From Deltaproteobacteria bacterium (GTDB taxonomy: Bacteria > Myxococcota > JACRCW01): a stretch of DNA of 60,726 nucleotides. Shown here in pieces: positions 12,601 to 19,973 of the stretch. The position numbers were made by a program, and so were the translations under genes. The notes beneath the pieces are model-generated. The model made no database searches and was not told the origin of the DNA. It saw only the letters and a list, made by a program, of their open reading frames with translations. Positions within the stretch are counted from its first letter, which is position 1. Each line of letters begins with the position of its first letter. The stretch is from positions 1-60,726 of the forward strand of contig JACRCW010000007.1 of the NCBI GenBank assembly GCA_016218805.1, in the 5' to 3' direction.

Positions 12601-12886
12601 AGCCGTCGGGGCACCTGGCGGTACACGCGGACCCGAGGAGGGTGAGCAGGCAGAAGGCGGCCAGCAGTATGCCGTGAATACACGCCCCGGGCGTCGTTGC
12701 ACTACCGCCGCCCCCCTTGCGGGGGCGGCCCTCGGCGACGGAGCGCAGCGACGTCGACGAGGGGGGTGGGGGGTGGGAGCACCGGGTTTTCCCAGGCACC
12801 GTCAACGCCGCCGCCCCGGTTTCCTCCGGGCACTCACCGCGTTCGAAATGGGACGAACCGGGTGAAATCGCACGCTGCTTGCGCAT
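6614..12886 (-). CDS. 2090-aa lipoprotein: Cys-rich N-terminal repeats and a C-terminal TcA-like coiled-coil channel plus TcB-binding-like domain
   Basis: GGAGG SD and lipobox LLGSAC. Long coiled coils flank a hydrophobic Gly/Ala hairpin (~7680-7810). 'AYRATKVLEY' and the terminal 'RPFVNTAWELAI...IDLQSLSDVRLFIYYT' resemble the TcA C-terminus. ORF confident; TcA assignment inferred. Confidence 0.7.
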   Translation of the reverse strand: MRKQRAISPGSSHFERGECPEETGAAALTVPGKTRCSHPPPPSSTSLRSVAEGRPRKGGGGSATTPGACIHGILLAAFCLLTLLGSACTARCPDGSESCSCRSSGACDDGLVCRSDVCEKTTPACNPGELNCRCGPGSTCGTGLECVDNECLTRVCEAGTEGCPCNPQDRCGVSSLGEPLVCTAGTCAAPSCPTGDTGCACRNGETCTASSDTCVSGFCQPTACAPGEADCACLAGTCLPGLACVAERCVENRGYLGGACLPDGTCHRGFRCDDTASCTQCLLGTQDCACAGTGACEGSLVCTAGQCRPPTGDPAPDSPACFTPCERDLVAADGTFRACAADGLMPGCVDSLECVQGTCTTPDGGPRTCSADLDCPSFQACLQGNCFSNCDVDGDCAPGKVCDLRVCRPSCVINGPPCPEGTSCISDDGEHGTCRPMGAAGDEPQTSVDGIYTLSETFLRFSNVATTLKITLTNNSPTFQTFTLHKRSHDAFFSDATSESLDDPADDAVTCNPATNCPLTWLSMGEEGAAAQVQSVAVGVEGNGGTATLELSGAAGTAAVRWNGIIELRSPRLPTRTLLLEYSERPEGRWAGNIYYFAQFGDRNLEEWRATPASRDDPAKLNQVGNAFLKRWGAFRSGNLSWDEFMAVLTSTKDETWRWASVKRDCPESPRGACYLYTGSTLGLTAYSTDLVSTPIPTGVVDLPFAANLHQPDATAAPKAFRGRIESSQALQYAGQPAFALDFGADPSTCQRQVGGACVVFVDALSADVLVGGRYTTTTGTCDQQGYTGQSVPWLLPGFVRATDVDPADGVRKRSECRDTWLPFDDGSAVLPEPLAAANRSLAASNPIPDGRTRKRTLRLVDGALINQSLLFLIFEERFESFLPNDNGTFSAYGYMLLERQATDLDMADDNGNAVPDAYEGSQPVDTRTDQPGRLGVTCSPDLLDRALDYSDENNTVTSANVFELVHTLLTGISSHATSEPITDLTPDEAVHYLCVDTRMFDGGRYDRPDPTLVVSNNRFCGTTGTSPFADNGVCDDGGPGSSTSVCPLGTDRGDCAARTAADANVRVPCPAESEVVYFTVDPARLSQADVAAATCQVPAQGATVGSCSTAQITTWQSEGKVRQLAPFWRCANGKEQYCDRDRLDLRQGKTFFKAAIGGDQPVFNSLYTDINQAFRYRTRFVSRTGATIGFAPQLCIPGSNQVPYCYDPAMIESVRARIECLLQVWRDFHEDPALLQTVVTDPGDPAAVPPVPPTLVTGRELLDDYLCASFAYTEGCHPEMDPTQVHDGFERLYAELLVMMGDESYTRSFASRFDLAGTGASSFLGASFEKGGINLSGPAGYEMFNLYQAAQYYQEALDRFYSLSPLVWDALQYGFTGRNFVTQETVTRYLERLVRASTQKARTWSQVAQRYQNFNRPDLARSVVERAYTATYLESIALGQLMQRITKVMAPEDQPQIAMELENGQRRYRMAMLDMRNVYKAISDDINYFGFPPDYIPFPTMGEQTDVSAFEVILARAKAKLADAKDRENDALARSRAFETDAQEFQAELVKLRNNYENQLGEVCGTFQGDDGRVYPAVSSYADMNEATRRVGDPCGRVGTGAIAQAMGQFEISRVDLERTRASFDNVLAEVAIEHSRVEAQCNLIFDLADYTYTMGALRLSLETTVRAAKVGISAIERIVGYTATLSGMAKCIVIAGPGGGGSDCPAAVGSVTAYSLVYATGAIGIVAIEAAIAAAETEIGVLDLTRARWETQHQCDVAMVDANARMATLVLRLKELQLEALRGEYQVRLAAADITAKHNLALRLEQELKEAEQFSININAAKNDPNVRIYRNDAYLNADLSFKNALQEAYRATKVLEYYTSQSYAPLEQLFLIRMVQYGDYNLSNYLADLENEFYRFEEDYGLPDTRAMILSLRDDIMRIPVLDDAGLAIPQGGRIDMMRARLADASLLDENGYLTIPFSTNFERLSPLTRDHKILYVEAEVIGSGVGDSLGRLYLRQQGTSAVHGVTGETLYYRFPERLAVLNPFFNGTRFFTPAVYRNNRFRDRPFVNTAWELAINQKDERENQDIDLQSLSDVRLFIYYTDFTQF
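12707..12777. repeat. REP/RPE-like double-hairpin miniature element inside a coding sequence
   Basis: Hairpin 1 GCCGCCCCC-cttgc-GGGGGCGGC (12707-12729). Hairpin 2 CCTCGgCGACG-gagcgcagcga-CGTCGaCGAGG (12730-12762). Followed by a G-rich tail. Confidence 0.55.
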
Positions 12887-12898
12887 GGAATCCTCCGA

Positions 12899-13399
12899 CT
12901 ACCTGAGAGTGACCTGGGGTGTGGCGACTGCGGCGCCGAGGTGGTCGTAGCAGGTCGCCTCGGCGACGGTGACGGTGCTGAAGGGAACCACGGCACCGGC
13001 CGCATCCTTGAGTTCGACGACGGCGGTGGGCACGGCGTCCGTCCTGGACAGGAACGACAGTCCCAGCTTGTCGCCCTTGGCGCGGGACTTCCCGACAACG
13101 CCGCTGCCGAACGTGGCCTGGACGGCGGACGCGTTGGCCACGGTGAGCAGCACGTCGCACGACCTCACGGCGGCATTCCCGATGACGAGGCCGCCTGCCC
13201 CGGTGGCGGTGCACACGTTGTTGGTGCAGGTGAGGCCGGTGTCGCACGGGTTGGTGGCGCGGCACGGGCACCCGGCGGTTCCCTCGGCGCAGGGGGTGTT
13301 GTCGTCGTCGTCGTCGTTCTTCTTCTCCGGGCAGCCGGCGAGGGCGAAGGCGAGGAAGGAGACGAGGAAGCGGGTTTCGGGTCGAGGAAGGTGGGTCAT
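12899..13399 (-). CDS. 166-aa lipoprotein with one Cys repeat and a beta-sandwich domain
   Basis: Lipobox FALAGC, acidic linker, CAEGTAGCPC...CDTGLTC repeat, beta-rich C-terminal domain. Confidence 0.85.
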   Translation of the reverse strand: MTHLPRPETRFLVSFLAFALAGCPEKKNDDDDDNTPCAEGTAGCPCRATNPCDTGLTCTNNVCTATGAGGLVIGNAAVRSCDVLLTVANASAVQATFGSGVVGKSRAKGDKLGLSFLSRTDAVPTAVVELKDAAGAVVPFSTVTVAEATCYDHLGAAVATPQVTLR

Positions 13400-13441
13400 G
13401 GCGTGTCTGTTCCTGGAATCGGGTTGCGTGTGTGGGAGCCT

Positions 13442-16400
13442 TCACTTGTCCTTGCCGCTTGATTTCGCTTCCTTGCCTCCGCCGCGAACGATGCCGTGCT
13501 CGCGGTCCCAGTCGGCGTCCGCCTTGGCCATCTCGCGTTCGAGGCGGGCTTGCGTCCTGGCGATCTCCTTCTTGTCTGGCGGGGGCTTGATCTTGAGGCC
13601 GTGCATCTTCCACAGCTTGACGGCGCCCTTCTTTGCCCCGAGCAGGCCGATGCCGAGCCACCGGCCGACCGCCTTGGTTCGCGCGTTGTACTCCTTGTCG
13701 TGGTCTCCGTACTTGGATGCGTGCTCCTGGAGGAACGAAGTCTGTCCATCCTTCAACCACTCGTTGGCCTTCAGGAGGTTGCCCAGGCGCTTCTGGTTCA
13801 CCTTGGCTGCGACAACGCCACCGACGATGCCGCCAATGGGCCCGCCGACGATGCCGGAGATGACTCCCGCAGTGACGGCCACCATCGTCTTCGCCTTGAA
13901 GATTTCGATCCATACGCCCATGTCCTCGACCTCGAGCTCGGCGGTCTTGCAGTTGTCGAAGTAAGTCTTGGAGCCCATGAACATGGAGCTGAGCGCGCCG
14001 GCGATGCCGCCGATGATCGCGCCACTGACGCTGTGCAGCGCGACTGCCCCGGCAATGGCGAGGCTGGCCTCGACCGCGAATTGCCCGTCGGGATCCACGG
14101 CATTGACGGGATTGTTCCGTACGAACCGGTAGGCAGCCGTGGTCTCGTCGCCTTCGTCTGGCGCCTTGGGAGCCAGCCTGGAGTAGCGGGGATCCGGCGA
14201 CGTCCACCGTCCGGTCCACCCGTCGTAGTAGCGCGCGCCGAAGTACGCGAGACCTGCATCCTCGTCGGTCTCCTTGCCGGTGTAGCCGTAGTCCTCGCCG
14301 TCACCCGACGCGTGCCGCAGCAGACCGAACGGGTAGTACGCGTAGCGCTCCGTGACCTGGCCGGTCTCGTCGGTGACCGCGGCGGTGCTTCCCTGGTGAT
14401 CGAGCAGGAGGTACGCCGAGCGCTCGGCGTCGCCGTCGACCAGGCGACGGACGCTGGCCTCGAGCAACTGGTCCACGGTGGATGTACGCGTGGCGGTGGC
14501 GAACGCGAGGAGGTGTGCGCCGACGGCCTGCGCCACCCAGCCATCCGCGGCGGTGATGACCTGGTCCGGGGCGGCGGTGATTCCCGTGTCGGGGCCGGTG
14601 GCAGGAGCGATGTCGGAGAAGATCACCGCGGCGAAGGAGGGGTCCTCCATGCGCGCCACGCGGCGGTCGTCGACCACCACGTAACTGGTGGCGACGCCGT
14701 CGCGCACCTCGAACTGCGGCGTCAGGTAGTACGTGGTGTGGCCGTCCTCGCGCTTGATGATGCGCTCGCCGGTGTACCCGTAGACGTAGCGCGTGACGCG
14801 CCCGCGCTCGTCGGTCACGCTCGTCGCGCGGTTCTGGTGGTCCCACGTGAGGTGGCGGTCACCGCGCGTGACCAGGCGGCCCGCGTCGTCGTAGCCGAGC
14901 GCCATGCTCCCGGCTGTGGTCACCGCGTGGGGGCCGGCGCCGTTCTCACCGTAGGACAGGGTGCCCACGTGAGCCTTGCTCTGCGCACCGAGGCTGGACG
15001 TGGTGGAGATGATGTTGCCGCCGGGGCTGTACGCGTGCGCGAGGGTCTCTTCGTGCGCACCGTTGCCGGGATCCAGGTGGGCCTGCACCAGCCGGTACAG
15101 GGCGTCGTACTGGTAGGTGGCGTTGGCGGACGGGGCGCCGGAGGGCGAGTGCCCGTCGGTCACGGACAGGATGTTCCCCGCGCGGTCCAGTCCATAGGTG
15201 AACGACAGCAGCGCCTGGCTGTTGGCGTTGACGGCGGTGAGGCCCTGCAGGCGGTTGCGCGCGTCGCGCGCGTACGTGACCGTGACGCCATTGGCGAGCG
15301 ACATCTGGTCGATGGCGCCGCTGGGCGCGTAGGTGACGTTGTCCAGCACGCCCGCGATGGCGGTGACCTTGTCGTCACCGTTGTACGCGTAGTCGACCTG
15401 GCGGCCGTCCGGGTACACCTCCGTCCGGATGCGACCCACGTTGTCGTACTGGCTGCGCAGCTCGAGCAGGTGGCCGTCCATCAGGCGGCCCAGGTACGTC
15501 ACGCGTCCGCGCGGGTTGTAGCCGTTGCGTTCCTCGCCGGTGGTGCCGTCATCAAGCGGGAAACGCACGTAGGCGAGCAGGCCCGCCGCGTGGGCGCACT
15601 GCGCCGCCGGGCACTCCCCGGCCATGTCGTAGAAATAGCCAATGCGCGTGCCGGTCTCGTCGCTCTCGTCCCACTCGGCCAGGATGCGGTTGGCGCCGTC
15701 GCGCGTCACGCGCTGCACGGTGCCCGTGGCGCCGGTGGTGCGGATGGTGTTGCCCGCGGCGTCGAACTCCCATGTCGTGGTGCCGCGGTCAGCGCTGTGG
15801 GACTCCACCAGTCGCCCCTGCAGGTCGTAGCGCTGCGTGGTCACCGCGCCGTCGGCGTCCGTGACCGTGGCGATGTTCCCGTCGTCGTCGTAGGTGAACG
15901 TGCGGGTCAGCGGCGTGCCACCGGCGGTGAGCCGCGTCTCCTCGGACACCAGGCGGCCGAGCCCGTTCCTCGTGCGCGTGGTGGGCGTGTCCTTGTGCGC
16001 ACTCGTCGTGGACGTGTCCTCCAGGTCGTACGCGGTCTCCACCAGCGGGCGGTACTCGAACCGCCGCACCGGCGGGTCCGCTCCGTCGGACGCGACGGCG
16101 GGATAGGTCTCCTCGACGACGCGGGACATGGCGTCGAAGCGGGCGGCGACGAAGCCGACGCCGTTGGGCGGGGTGGCATCGCACGCGCCGGACGTGCCCA
16201 TGTAGGGCTGGTAGGTGCGGACCGGGTTGCCCTTGGCGTCCACGACGGTGAACCCGGAAACCCGGTATTCGTTCGCGGCGATGCGCTGGCGCTGCTGGAA
16301 CGTGCGGCCCTGGCCGTCGAAGCAGGTGATTTCCTCGGAATCCAGCGCGCCACCGGCCACCGACCGGCTGCGCTCGATCACACGCGACGACGGGTTGCCC

Positions 16401-19400
16401 GGCTCCCACGTGTATTCCTCCGTGGCGAACCCGGGCTCCTCCTCCGGCCGCGTCGTCGACGTGCGGCGGGCGAACTCGTCATAGCTATAGAACGTCTTGT
16501 GCTGGGTCCCCTCGGGAACGCCGTTCTTCACCACCTGCCACTCGGAGCCCTCCGTCATCAATCCAAACAGCGGTGAATAGGCGGCATCGCGGCGCAGGCG
16601 GTACGGCCCCCCAGCATTCTCCAGCAGCACTTCAATGCGGACGACGCGCAGGCCCTCCGCGTCCATCGTGTACACGCGGCGGTGCGTGTTCCCGTCGGGC
16701 ACGCCCAGCGCGTCCAGCGTTTCAATCACGTTGCCGTGCGCATCCAGCTTGTTGCGGGCAGTCACCGCCACTTCGCCATTGACCCCCGCGCGTGCCGTCA
16801 CGCGCATCAGGGTGCCGTGCGTCGCCAGGCCCGCGGGAAGACCCGTGAAATCCGGGCCGTCGTAGTAGGACACTGTCTCTCCGTACTGGTCATCCGCGGG
16901 CTGGTCGCTGCCATCCGCCGTGCCAAACGTCTTCACGCTCACCGCCCGGGACAGGATCCAGCGGTCCGCATTGTTCTCCGGCGCTGTGTACGTGGTGCGG
17001 GTGTAGTGCTCGTCGCCCAGGCACTGCGGCCCGCAGGGCTTCCCAAACGTCCCCACCGTGGTGCACGCCGCGCACGCACCGCCGCCCACGGACGTCACGC
17101 CCAGCTGCGCCTGCAGCACCGTGTTGCCGTACCCGTCGTACGCAAAGCGCTTCTCAACAACCACCCATTCGCCCGCCGGCCGCCCCTCGCGCAGCTCAGT
17201 GCGTTCCCGCGTCTTGCAGACGTGGCGGACCGGAAAGAGCAGCCCCGTGGACGGGACGCCCGCCACCGTGCAGTCCGCGTACGTGTTCTCGCTCACCTGG
17301 ATCACGCGGTCCGCCGCGCCCATCATGGTCTGCGTGAGGACCAGCCCGTTGCGGTACACGTCCGTCGCGCCGACGTCGTACGTGACCTGTCCACGGCCCT
17401 CCTCGCTCTCCGCGGACGCCGGCTCGCGCTGCTCCACGCGCGCGAACCCGCGGAACGCCTTCTCCACACCGTCGTAGTAGCCGTCCGCGTACGTGTACCG
17501 CGTGATGTCGTGGACCTGGCCGATCGCGTCCCACTCGTCAAACTCGTCCACCACCTGCATGGGAGACGGCAGCGCGTATTGCCACGACCCGGCACCACCG
17601 GCGCGCGCCAGGTGCATGACCGACGTCCCGTACGTGACCGCCGACGTCTTCCCGAGGCCATTCTCCACCCGCACCACGAGGTTGGGGCGGTCGGGGAACA
17701 ATTCCAGGTATTGCACATGGCCGGATTCGATCCAGACGATGTCCGAGGAACCGTTGCCGTTCATGTCCGCGTACAGGACCACCGTGGCGGAGGTCCGCAC
17801 CGGGACGTCACCGTCCACGTCGGCGCTGGTGACCACGCGCTTGGGGTCAAATGCATCGCCGTTGCGGTTGAGCCAGTAGTGCACCTCGTTGCCCTTCACG
17901 AGCACCAGGTCGGACAGCGAATCGCCGTTGATGTCCTCAAGCTCCGCGTCGATCGCCTCCTGCGCGCTGACCAGGTCCAGGCCCGTCATCGTGTCCACCG
18001 GCGCCCAGTGGCCCCATCCCAGGTTGAGGCGGAATTCCACCTGGGTCTGCGTGACGCGCACAATGTCCAGCAGGCCGTCGCCGTTGATGTCGTTGAGCTC
18101 AACGCTGTTCTCCTCAAACCCCATCTGCGTGTTCTCCACGCCGGAGTCAGACTGGAATCCGCCGTTTCCCATGTTTCGGAAGACGGTGGTGATGTTGGAT
18201 ACGCCAGGATTCTCGCTGCGAATGAGGTCAATGCGCTTGTCGTTGTCGTAGTCCAGGAAGCGCACGGTCCGGAGCTGCCCGTCGGTGGGGTCGAAGTCCC
18301 CGGCGAGGTCAGGCACGCCGCCGGTGCCGCTGCTCCACAGCGAATACGCCTCGGCCCAGTCCCCGCCGCCCAGGTTCTTCAGCACCTGTCCCGTCTGGGA
18401 GTTGACCATGTCCGTGCGTCCGTCACCGTTCACGTCCATCACCTGCACGTACGGCGAGCTGAGGTCGTGCGACGCCTGCGTCCCCACCGTGCTGTAGAAC
18501 GGCGCTTCGAAGTCGTGCGTCCCGTCAGCATGCAGCCGGTTGATGAAGAAGCGGTGAGCCTGGCCGGACTCGGACGTGTCCACGATGTCCGGCAGCGCGT
18601 CGCCGTTGATGTCGATCAGCGTGGCGTCGCCCGACTGGAGGTTGGCGCCGATGGACCCCATGTCCACGGTGTAGGCCTGGCGACAGCCGGCGCCCGCCTG
18701 GCACTGCACGCCCAGCCCGCGCGAGTACGTGAACGTCTCGTGCACGGGGTACGCGCCGCCGTCGCGCCCGTACAGTTGGACGGAGGACAGGCGCGAGAAC
18801 CCGCCGGACGTGGCGTAGTCCTCGTAGCCCAGCACGTAGTGGTGCGTGCGTGTTCCGTGCGAAAGCACGTTGATCCGCGACAGCCGCTTGGTCAGCAGTT
18901 CGTTGAAGCCCGGCTTGCAGTCGCTCACCAGGTCGGTGCGGTCCTCGTAGGCGAACGTCACCTCGTGGACGGGGCTGCCGGCCACGAACACCCACGCCAC
19001 GCGCACGGGCAGCGTGACGTTCCCGAACAGGTTGTACGTGTATTGGATCGCGTGGCCGTACCGGTCCACCGTCTCCACCAAGTGGTAGCGGAATGTCCCC
19101 GCGGCGCCGACCACGCGCGCTGCCGGGACCAGCGTTCCCGTGGCATCCGCGCCGTAATACGAGATGCGGCCATCCGGGAACTCGGCGCGCCAGTAGCCCT
19201 CGTCGCCCGCGCCCGCGTCCAGCCACGTGTAGCGGACAAAACCCGACTCAAACCGCGCGCGGTAGACCGGCGGCGTGGTGCTGGGGATGCGCACCAGCTG
19301 CTCGCTGCCATTGACCACGAATTCGTCATCAAGGTCGTATTCGGGCAGGCCGCGCGCGGTCATGCGCTCCATGAACCCGAGGCTCAGGTTCCAGCCCAAC

Positions 19401-19684
19401 CCCGCCACCGAGGCGCCCGCCCCGGATGAATAGGACAGCGACAGTGAAGGCGTCATGCCCGCGTATCCCTGCGGCACCTTGATTGCGACGGAATGACGCA
19501 GCTGGCCCATGTTGGCATCCACCGCCACATTCTCGCCAATTCCCTCCAACGAGCCCGGACCGTCGGGGAGACTCACGCGGTCGTCGGACACGCCGGTCTG
19601 CGCCTGGACGGGACACGCCCACGCGAGCCATAGGGCTGCAGTCCGCGAAATCAACGTGAAACGTGCGGGAACGGCGGATCGCAT
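13442..19684 (-). CDS. Sec-exported TcB-TcC-like fusion (SpvB/TcdB-N, FG-GAP repeats, YD/Rhs repeats, Rhs core, C-terminal toxin-like domain)
   Basis: AGGAGG SD and signal peptide ending VQA|Q. SpvB-type 'PSLSLSYSSGAGASVAGLGWNL', DINGDG repeats, TcB mid-region 'FRGFARVEQ', YD repeats, core 'YGYTGKETD..GLAYFGARYYD..GRWTSPDP' and 'NNPVNAVDPDG'. Confidence 0.92.
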   Translation of the reverse strand: MRSAVPARFTLISRTAALWLAWACPVQAQTGVSDDRVSLPDGPGSLEGIGENVAVDANMGQLRHSVAIKVPQGYAGMTPSLSLSYSSGAGASVAGLGWNLSLGFMERMTARGLPEYDLDDEFVVNGSEQLVRIPSTTPPVYRARFESGFVRYTWLDAGAGDEGYWRAEFPDGRISYYGADATGTLVPAARVVGAAGTFRYHLVETVDRYGHAIQYTYNLFGNVTLPVRVAWVFVAGSPVHEVTFAYEDRTDLVSDCKPGFNELLTKRLSRINVLSHGTRTHHYVLGYEDYATSGGFSRLSSVQLYGRDGGAYPVHETFTYSRGLGVQCQAGAGCRQAYTVDMGSIGANLQSGDATLIDINGDALPDIVDTSESGQAHRFFINRLHADGTHDFEAPFYSTVGTQASHDLSSPYVQVMDVNGDGRTDMVNSQTGQVLKNLGGGDWAEAYSLWSSGTGGVPDLAGDFDPTDGQLRTVRFLDYDNDKRIDLIRSENPGVSNITTVFRNMGNGGFQSDSGVENTQMGFEENSVELNDINGDGLLDIVRVTQTQVEFRLNLGWGHWAPVDTMTGLDLVSAQEAIDAELEDINGDSLSDLVLVKGNEVHYWLNRNGDAFDPKRVVTSADVDGDVPVRTSATVVLYADMNGNGSSDIVWIESGHVQYLELFPDRPNLVVRVENGLGKTSAVTYGTSVMHLARAGGAGSWQYALPSPMQVVDEFDEWDAIGQVHDITRYTYADGYYDGVEKAFRGFARVEQREPASAESEEGRGQVTYDVGATDVYRNGLVLTQTMMGAADRVIQVSENTYADCTVAGVPSTGLLFPVRHVCKTRERTELREGRPAGEWVVVEKRFAYDGYGNTVLQAQLGVTSVGGGACAACTTVGTFGKPCGPQCLGDEHYTRTTYTAPENNADRWILSRAVSVKTFGTADGSDQPADDQYGETVSYYDGPDFTGLPAGLATHGTLMRVTARAGVNGEVAVTARNKLDAHGNVIETLDALGVPDGNTHRRVYTMDAEGLRVVRIEVLLENAGGPYRLRRDAAYSPLFGLMTEGSEWQVVKNGVPEGTQHKTFYSYDEFARRTSTTRPEEEPGFATEEYTWEPGNPSSRVIERSRSVAGGALDSEEITCFDGQGRTFQQRQRIAANEYRVSGFTVVDAKGNPVRTYQPYMGTSGACDATPPNGVGFVAARFDAMSRVVEETYPAVASDGADPPVRRFEYRPLVETAYDLEDTSTTSAHKDTPTTRTRNGLGRLVSEETRLTAGGTPLTRTFTYDDDGNIATVTDADGAVTTQRYDLQGRLVESHSADRGTTTWEFDAAGNTIRTTGATGTVQRVTRDGANRILAEWDESDETGTRIGYFYDMAGECPAAQCAHAAGLLAYVRFPLDDGTTGEERNGYNPRGRVTYLGRLMDGHLLELRSQYDNVGRIRTEVYPDGRQVDYAYNGDDKVTAIAGVLDNVTYAPSGAIDQMSLANGVTVTYARDARNRLQGLTAVNANSQALLSFTYGLDRAGNILSVTDGHSPSGAPSANATYQYDALYRLVQAHLDPGNGAHEETLAHAYSPGGNIISTTSSLGAQSKAHVGTLSYGENGAGPHAVTTAGSMALGYDDAGRLVTRGDRHLTWDHQNRATSVTDERGRVTRYVYGYTGERIIKREDGHTTYYLTPQFEVRDGVATSYVVVDDRRVARMEDPSFAAVIFSDIAPATGPDTGITAAPDQVITAADGWVAQAVGAHLLAFATATRTSTVDQLLEASVRRLVDGDAERSAYLLLDHQGSTAAVTDETGQVTERYAYYPFGLLRHASGDGEDYGYTGKETDEDAGLAYFGARYYDGWTGRWTSPDPRYSRLAPKAPDEGDETTAAYRFVRNNPVNAVDPDGQFAVEASLAIAGAVALHSVSGAIIGGIAGALSSMFMGSKTYFDNCKTAELEVEDMGVWIEIFKAKTMVAVTAGVISGIVGGPIGGIVGGVVAAKVNQKRLGNLLKANEWLKDGQTSFLQEHASKYGDHDKEYNARTKAVGRWLGIGLLGAKKGAVKLWKMHGLKIKPPPDKKEIARTQARLEREMAKADADWDREHGIVRGGGKEAKSSGKDK

Positions 19685-19973
19685 GGAATTCCTCCTGCCT
19701 GTTCTCCGGGAGCGCCGCGAGCGGCGGGCCGCCGGTACGGGAAAAGCCGCGGCAACCTCCCACCGACGAGGAATGGTGGCAATCGACGCGCTCCGCTGGC
19801 GTTGACGCTCGCGTGGAGCGGAGGTCGCGAAATGTCACGTTCCGAGACATTCTATTGGAAATGCCGCCTAATGCATTCGCTTCAACGCGGTCACGAGCAT
19901 GGATGGAATTCCGCATTCATGTTGACGCAGCGAGCGGTGGGGGCGAGTGTACGGCGGCTTGTTGGGAGAACCG

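Noticed and set aside
12899..13399. Gene after the Rhs toxin as its immunity protein
   Set aside because: It carries the same Cys repeat as the two downstream structural lipoproteins, so a structural role is more likely. Immunity is not formally excluded.
13442..19684. T6SS or contractile-injection Rhs effector
   Set aside because: No PAAR/VgrG/DUF6531 features or sheath/tube genes; the N-terminus is a signal peptide plus an SpvB/TcB-type domain.
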